DNA from: Haliotis rubra
Taxonomy: Eukaryota
Reading direction: 5' to 3'
Length of the DNA stretch: 64,000 nucleotides
Assembly: GCF_003918875.1 (NCBI RefSeq)
Contig: NW_025767507.1
Location: 186,001-250,000, forward strand
The position numbers were made by a program, and so were the translations under genes. Below are positions 60,001 through 64,000 of the stretch, in pieces. The stretch's first letter is position 1. Each line of letters starts with the position of its first letter. The notes below the pieces were generated by a model. It was not told the origin of the DNA, searched no databases, and saw only the letters and a list, made by a program, of their open reading frames with translations.

Positions 60001-61950
60001 TTGTATTAAAGAATTAGTTATAAAAAACAAAAATTAGAAAACACCTGCGGGAAAAAAATGTTCATATTGTTGATTACATTAAAAATGTATATATTTCGAT
60101 TATAATCGATAATCGCTCACCACAATCCTCTGATAATTGATAGTTGATGTGGTTTCCGATTCCCAACACTACCATTGCATCAAACCAAGCTTTCAAGGAT
60201 GGATAACAGCATCTCACAAACAATAATCCCATATTACAATAATAAAGGCCCCAAGATGAAATGAGTGAGTTTAGTTTTACGCCACTTTTAGCAATATTCC
60301 AGCAATATCACGACACCAGAAATAGGCTTCACATATTGTACTCATGTAGAGAATCGGCCCCGGCCATTGACGTGTTGCGCGAACGCGTTAACCACTAGGC
60401 TACCCTACAGCCCCCCTGAGATGAAATGGTTTCTGACATGATCAACCTGATACAATGAGAAACATGTTTTCACTTACCCTTGCTTTCGAACCTCTAGAAG
60501 TGTGTGTATGACAAATAACCCATTCACCAACACAGATTCATTCTTCTCAGTGTCGAGAAGATTTTTTAACAACTGTGCCACAGTTTCCTCTCTGAAAACA
60601 CAGAAATACATTATAATAAATCATAAATGGTAACAAACTAACCCAGAGCATTGAAATTCCCACGTTTGATACAGTTATATTTTTTTCATAACCCGATACT
60701 GAGCAGGGGTCGATTTTAGGACATGAAACCTACTTGCACCCAGTGCAACCTGAGGCAAACACCTTGTTGCACCAAACAAAAAACAGGTTGCACCTGCAGC
60801 TTAATATAAAATCTTATATAATGCTTGAGCTCCAAGTCAGTTCCTCATCATTCTGTTTTCCATCTGAAGTCTGTGTTCTTTGAACACAAAACATTAACAT
60901 GCACTGGGTGCAAGTTGATATACATATGAGGTCGCATTTAGCAGTTTCAGGTTGCACCAGTGCAAGTTCTAAATGCTTAAATTGAGCCCTGTTGAGTGAG
61001 GGAGTGTAAGTTGTTTGCAGTCAATATACAAGTCAAACCTCAGCAGATTTCTTTATTACCAAGTCTCAGCCAGGTAAACCAATGGTCAACTCCATGTCCC
61101 AGCTGTATTACAACAACCCAACATCATTGTCTTGGTCAGACAAACAAGTATATAAAGCATGTGTGACCACCCCATGGAATCCCAACAGTAGCTGCTGGTA
61201 CAATCAGTATGGGTTTGAAGACTTATTCTTCACAAGTATTCATAAATCTGAAATTCACCTCAGTTTACTCAAATTCATCTCTCTGTATTTCTCAACAGAT
61301 CTTTCTTTTTTAGAAATTGGTAGCCAAACGAATCCAACTTACAGTTCCATTGTAACCAACAAGGGATCTGGATCAGAGGAGTCCTGTAGTTGAATAATTT
61401 GTTCTCTTCCAAGACGTACAATATCACAGAGAGACTGGGCTGCATTGCAGTGAATCTGTAGAATGAAGACCATACAGAACTTGTCATGGTTTCTACACTC
61501 AGTGACACACTAATTATCTCTAATATTCATAGATTTCATGTCATTATATCTGAACAACATACACTAAACCCATAATCTTACAACTGCATATGGGCTGGCA
61601 AAATGAAACACAAGAACCTTATGTCAAAGGTAAGACAATTATCCTTAAATTCAACAAAATATGATTGGATTGATTATCTGCAAACACAAAATTGATTACA
61701 TTTAACTTAATTTCACTCTCGAAAACATTCTGACCTTATTGAGAAAAATTATGTTGTCATTTGAATGACATTCTGGCCATAAAGAGAAGTGACCTGGGCA
61801 GGATCTTAGAAAAAGTAAAAGGGAGAGATGGAGTGACACATAATGTAATCACAAAGTGTGCAAATAATAATCATGTGTACTTACATCTTCATCTGTTGAC
61901 GGGACTATGCTAGCTACAAGCCGCTCCACCACATGTTGGTCATTCAACCA
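33017..61950 (-). CDS. PPP6R3: Serine/threonine-protein phosphatase 6 regulatory subunit (SAPS domain, PPP6R3-like), 3' portion
   Basis: Exons 61950-61885, 61455-61343, 60591-60478, 55812-55683, 54160-54002, 53217-53092, 52610-52546, 52005-51887, 51756-51671, 50992-50903, 48990-48893, 47811-47751, 47433-47303, 46587-46466, 45461-45302, 45030-44972, 44653-44467, 44140-44024, (43337-43286), 39511-39353, 33098-33017. Motifs [92 protein letters not shown]-terminal NGPV*. Symbol names the closest vertebrate paralogue. Confidence 0.93.
34317..35400 (-). pseudogene. Tyrosine recombinase of DIRS #1, frameshifted
   Basis: R and HxxR motifs present over several ORF fragments; catalytic Tyr position reads His (FSSHHLRD). 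Confidence 0.85.
37507..37805. mobile_element. MITE-like insertion inside DIRS #1 gag
   Basis: AT-rich block bounded by cagggtttta / taaaacctg, like the termini of the 54775-55127 element; no TSD retained. Confidence 0.5.
38483..38650 (-). mobile_element. Short Penelope-like insert with hammerhead-like motif
   Basis: 16-bp direct repeat aagttatatgaaggtg (38483-38498 / 38635-38650), 16-bp inverted repeat (38496-38511 / 38607-38622), cgatgtttcg motif typical of PLE pseudo-LTRs. Confidence 0.6.
38543..38583 (-). ncRNA. Putative minimal hammerhead ribozyme (U3-A8 core variant, possibly decayed)
   Basis: Minus strand UUGAUAA-C-GGUGU(uaguagcu)ACACC-GAAA-C-AUC. Confidence 0.45.
39353..39511 (-). 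CDS. PPP6R3: PPP6R3 penultimate exon ([11 protein letters not shown]...VEEAR)
   Basis: tgcag/gtatat boundaries, open, phase 2-2. Confidence 0.75.
41792..41957 (-). mobile_element. tRNA-derived SINE, family 1
   Basis: Full length; TSD aagctctatgac (41780-41791 / 41958-41969). Confidence 0.9.
43286..43337 (-). CDS. PPP6R3: Candidate PPP6R3 exon (..[14 protein letters not shown]), 52 nt, 1 nt out of frame
   Basis: Strong pyrimidine tract + aag acceptor, gtgagt donor; in frame only if the A7 run were A6. Confidence 0.5.
44024..44140 (-). CDS. PPP6R3: PPP6R3 exon, low-complexity C-terminal region
   Basis: ttacag/gtattt boundaries, open, phase 2-2. Confidence 0.68.
44467..44653 (-). CDS. PPP6R3: PPP6R3 exon, low-complexity C-terminal region
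   Basis: ctag/gtaggt boundaries, open and phase-consistent. Confidence 0.72.
44972..45030 (-). CDS. PPP6R3: PPP6R3 exon ([19 protein letters not shown])
   Basis: AG/GT boundaries, RSxSPV motif, phase-consistent. Confidence 0.8.
45302..45461 (-). CDS. PPP6R3: PPP6R3 exon ([11 protein letters not shown]...NWADFSS)
   Basis: AG/GT boundaries; WANF/WADF motifs as in vertebrate PPP6R3. Confidence 0.85.
46131..46337 (-). mobile_element. tRNA-derived SINE, family 1, tail expanded into a (TG)n microsatellite
   Basis: Full length; TSD cctatactgtca (46119-46130 / 46338-46349). Confidence 0.9.
46466..46587 (-). CDS. PPP6R3: PPP6R3 exon ([13 protein letters not shown]...EKMDVD)
   Basis: NAGNAG acceptor, gtaag donor, homology to STDSEEE..KMEVD. 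Confidence 0.85.
47303..47433 (-). CDS. PPP6R3: PPP6R3 exon ([28 protein letters not shown])
   Basis: AG/GT boundaries, homology. Confidence 0.88.
47751..47811 (-). CDS. PPP6R3: PPP6R3 exon ([20 protein letters not shown])
   Basis: AG/GT boundaries, phase-consistent. Confidence 0.85.
48893..48990 (-). CDS. PPP6R3: PPP6R3 exon ([24 protein letters not shown])
   Basis: AG/GT boundaries, strong homology. Confidence 0.92.
50903..50992 (-). CDS. PPP6R3: PPP6R3 exon ([27 protein letters not shown])
   Basis: AG/GT boundaries, homology. Confidence 0.9.
51671..51756 (-). CDS. PPP6R3: PPP6R3 exon ([21 protein letters not shown])
   Basis: AG/GT boundaries, homology. Confidence 0.9.
51887..52005 (-). 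CDS. PPP6R3: PPP6R3 exon ([17 protein letters not shown]...)
   Basis: AG/GT boundaries, homology. Confidence 0.92.
52546..52610 (-). CDS. PPP6R3: PPP6R3 exon ([21 protein letters not shown])
   Basis: AG/GT boundaries, homology. Confidence 0.9.
53092..53217 (-). CDS. PPP6R3: PPP6R3 exon ([20 protein letters not shown]...)
   Basis: AG/GT boundaries, homology. Confidence 0.92.
54002..54160 (-). CDS. PPP6R3: PPP6R3 exon ([15 protein letters not shown]...)
   Basis: AG/GT boundaries, homology. Confidence 0.92.
54456..55541 (-). mobile_element. HINE/DINE-1-like element, family B, ~170-bp tandem units, nested MITE
   Basis: Reverse-complement homolog of 5154-5950; caagatgacatcctca at ~54657, 55185, 55355. 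Confidence 0.75.
54775..55127. mobile_element. MITE, 353 bp, CAGGGTTT termini, 6-bp TSD
   Basis: cagggttttac / gttaaaccctg; TSD atatgt (54769-54774 / 55128-55133); neighbouring tandem unit shows the empty site. Confidence 0.88.
55683..55812 (-). CDS. PPP6R3: PPP6R3 exon (..[14 protein letters not shown])
   Basis: AG/GT boundaries, homology. Confidence 0.88.
56042..59883 (-). mobile_element. DIRS-type tyrosine-recombinase retrotransposon #2, internally deleted, in a PPP6R3 intron
   Basis: 205-bp ITRs (56079-56283 / 59668-59872), 3' extension 56046-56078, ICR 56321-56415; gag Zn finger [18 protein letters not shown]; RT C-terminus ([20 protein letters not shown]); RNase H (TDAS, HINVLEL, DN); MT (DLFAS..AFPP..LLAPLW..WF); YR ([17 protein letters not shown]). 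Confidence 0.95.
56888..57925 (-). pseudogene. Tyrosine recombinase of DIRS #2, frameshifted
   Basis: R..HxxR..W..Y catalytic residues all visible but split over three frames. Confidence 0.85.
60264..60418 (-). mobile_element. tRNA-derived SINE, family 1 (more diverged)
   Basis: Family similarity; TSD agatgaaatg. Confidence 0.85.
60478..60591 (-). CDS. PPP6R3: PPP6R3 exon ([23 protein letters not shown])
   Basis: AG/GT boundaries, homology. Confidence 0.9.
60704..60991. mobile_element. MITE with CAGGG termini
   Basis: caggggtcgatttt / aaattgagccctg; repeated ttgcacc subterminal motifs; imperfect 5-bp flank ctgag/ttgag. Confidence 0.6.
61343..61455 (-). CDS. PPP6R3: PPP6R3 exon ([18 protein letters not shown]...DPLL)
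   Basis: AG/GT boundaries, SAPS homology. Confidence 0.92.
61885..61950 (-). CDS. PPP6R3: PPP6R3 exon ([12 protein letters not shown]...DED)
   Basis: ccag/gtaagt boundaries, SAPS homology. Confidence 0.88.
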
Positions 61951-63199
61951 CTGGAAACATATAGCTCATCAATAGAAACCATAATCTGGGTAAGTGACAT
62001 ACATGGACAAACATAACATTTACATTAACTGAAATTACTTTTCTGTCTATTGTTTTCACAAGGCATCTTGTTGCATCTACACATACTAGAAGTGAATGTG
62101 TTGTCTTTGTCCCTTTTTCTTTGAAAAATGAAGGAAAGCCTTCCTTGGACAGATGCCTCTATTTGTAAAAGGGATTTTAGTACTAAAGAAAATTGCATTT
62201 AAAAACTAAAAATCAAATGACATGATTTGCAAAAGGACCAATATCTTGAACACACAGCCCCAGCAGAGAAATAATGCCATTCTATGAATATCAAGATCCA
62301 GTACAGCATGCAGTTACCTCCCTTTCCATACGCACCACGTCAATGCATATAGTGCTACTGTTGTGGTAATGGTAAGCTGGGCCCCATCTCTTTTATTATA
62401 ATATGCAAGATGGTGAGCACAAAGGGAATCTGGCACTAGCTAATAGTAATGGCAGCAGTAGTCTTTTGAGCTTGTTAGGCTGTTCCCTAATTTTGTCAAT
62501 GTCATCAGGCGTAATAATTTACAAAATCAAAGGTAATTGTGTACTGAATGCCTGACCTTTTTCATGTGTAGAAATTAAGATTACGTGTGTATGTGCATCA
62601 TAATATAGCCGGACATTGCAATCAGCTGTTCACACATTTCCACAATCTGTGGGCAATTAAATTTTGAAATTACTTTTCATAACCAAAACCATAAATATAA
62701 CAAAGGGCAAACAAATTAGGATACAGTGGTAGTGGTACTTCGCATCTGTGATGACTAACATCTGTTCCAAGGACACTTTGGTAGGTGAAGGTGTGTGCCC
62801 ACACACAATTTCACCAAAATTAATGCTATGAATGTTGAATGAAGTATGGATACAAAACTATCACAATGCATTACTAATGTAAGTCAGGTATACAACGAAC
62901 ACTTGTGTGGCCAAATAGGGGAATAAAAGATGAATGTGCTTACTTCAGTTCTAATTCATTGACTATTCCGGTTTACATTATTGTTATAATGTCTTCATGT
63001 TGAGAAACAAAATTGAAGCACACAGGTTGTCAAAAACAGTATTCAAGAATACCCAGGAAACCCTCTGTGACATTAAAAGCAATGTATGCATTTTGGTGTA
63101 TTCATGAGCACAATTAATATATTCGTTTTATTTTGACATTGTACAATAATTTGAAGACAAATAACTGGATATTAGAACAACTTGCCAAAGGTAACTATA

Positions 63200-63725
63200 A
63201 AAACATTTATCACTTAATACAGTGATATTTTCCTGATATGGAGTTTTTTTGCCACCCCAATATGGGCAGGATCGGCATGGTCATATCTTGCCCGCTGAGA
63301 GGAGGGAAGATATCGATATCTTCCCCGTCAATTTTGTACACGACATCACGGAACGTTAATGAATCGAATGACGTCACATCAAGAAAGATGGGTCATAGAG
63401 ATGGCATCATGTTAGATCATACTTTGATCATGGCCGGGGAAAGGACGAAGGAAATATGGAAATCGAAACGAAGCAGTATGTTCCTGTTACTGTTCCTTCT
63501 GTCTTTCTATGTTTTCTGAGTTTATTAAATTCACTGAACGGAATATTTGTCTTTGTTGTTTGTGTCATTATTTTTTTATTAACGTTGTATTTGGACAAAG
63601 AGAAAAAAGAACAAAAATCCATGTAACTGAAAGAAATCTTAATTTAGGCAGGTATTAATTGATAAAAAGATTATTACACTTCATTTTTCATATCTTGTCC
63701 GATATCATCCCTCAAGTGTAATAAT
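63200..63725. mobile_element. Putative non-autonomous element (Crypton-like by architecture only)
   Basis: Inverted repeat ttattacactt..aagtgtaataa (63671-63724), palindrome gggaagatatcgatatcttccc, central tgacgtca. Confidence 0.35.
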
Positions 63726-63737
63726 CTCTATGTATCT

Positions 63738-63902
63738 CGGGCGGTGGGGTAGCCTAGTGGTTAAACGTTGGCTCGTCACGCCAAAGACCCGGGTTCGAAT
63801 CCCCACATGGGTACAATGCGTGAAGCCCATTTCTGGTGTCCCCCGCCGTGATGTTGCTGGAATATTGCTAAAAGCGGCGTAAAACCAAACTCAGTCAGTC
63901 AG
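63738..63902 (+). mobile_element. tRNA-derived SINE, family 1
   Basis: Full length; TSD tcta(t/c)gtatct. Confidence 0.9.
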
Positions 63903-64000
63903 TCTACGTATCTGCTAGGTTACACAGCTTGTTATCGGGTTGTTAACCATGAATATATTGTCTGTGCTCCTGATAGTATACACTGTACATACAGTTTATA

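Noticed and set aside
63960-64000. Possible end of the next upstream PPP6R3 exon (gtatgt donor-like)
   Set aside because: Too little sequence to establish frame or homology.

Overview
Eukaryotic (animal) genomic DNA, intron-rich and AT-rich. The SINE/HINE/MITE repertoire suggests a mollusc, probably an abalone-like gastropod (inference). Three conserved housekeeping genes were reconstructed exon by exon: the 3' part of Cullin-5 (CUL5, +, 11 exons, 469-8613), a complete RNA polymerase subunit RPB6 gene (POLR2F, -, 5 exons, 20255-16804), and the 3' part of a PP6 regulatory subunit (PPP6R3/SAPS-like, -, about 21 exons, 61950-33017; 5' end outside the window). Introns and the intergenic gap hold many mobile elements: two unrelated DIRS tyrosine-recombinase retrotransposons with ITR+ICR termini, an I/Nimb-like LINE lacking its RT, two Tc1 relics, two tRNA-derived SINE families, two HINE/DINE-like families and several MITEs. 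Most unusual observations: two frame disruptions in CUL5 and a third in a candidate PPP6R3 exon (assembly error most likely); an 84-bp in-frame tandem duplication of a CUL5 exon end plus splice donor just upstream of the neddylation site; a small Penelope-type insert with a hammerhead-like core carrying the U3-A8 variant; a DIRS copy with near-perfect termini but an in-frame gag-RT deletion; and an inverted SINE pair bracketing three PPP6R3 exons. I found no clearly novel multi-gene system. All calls were made by eye, without database searches.
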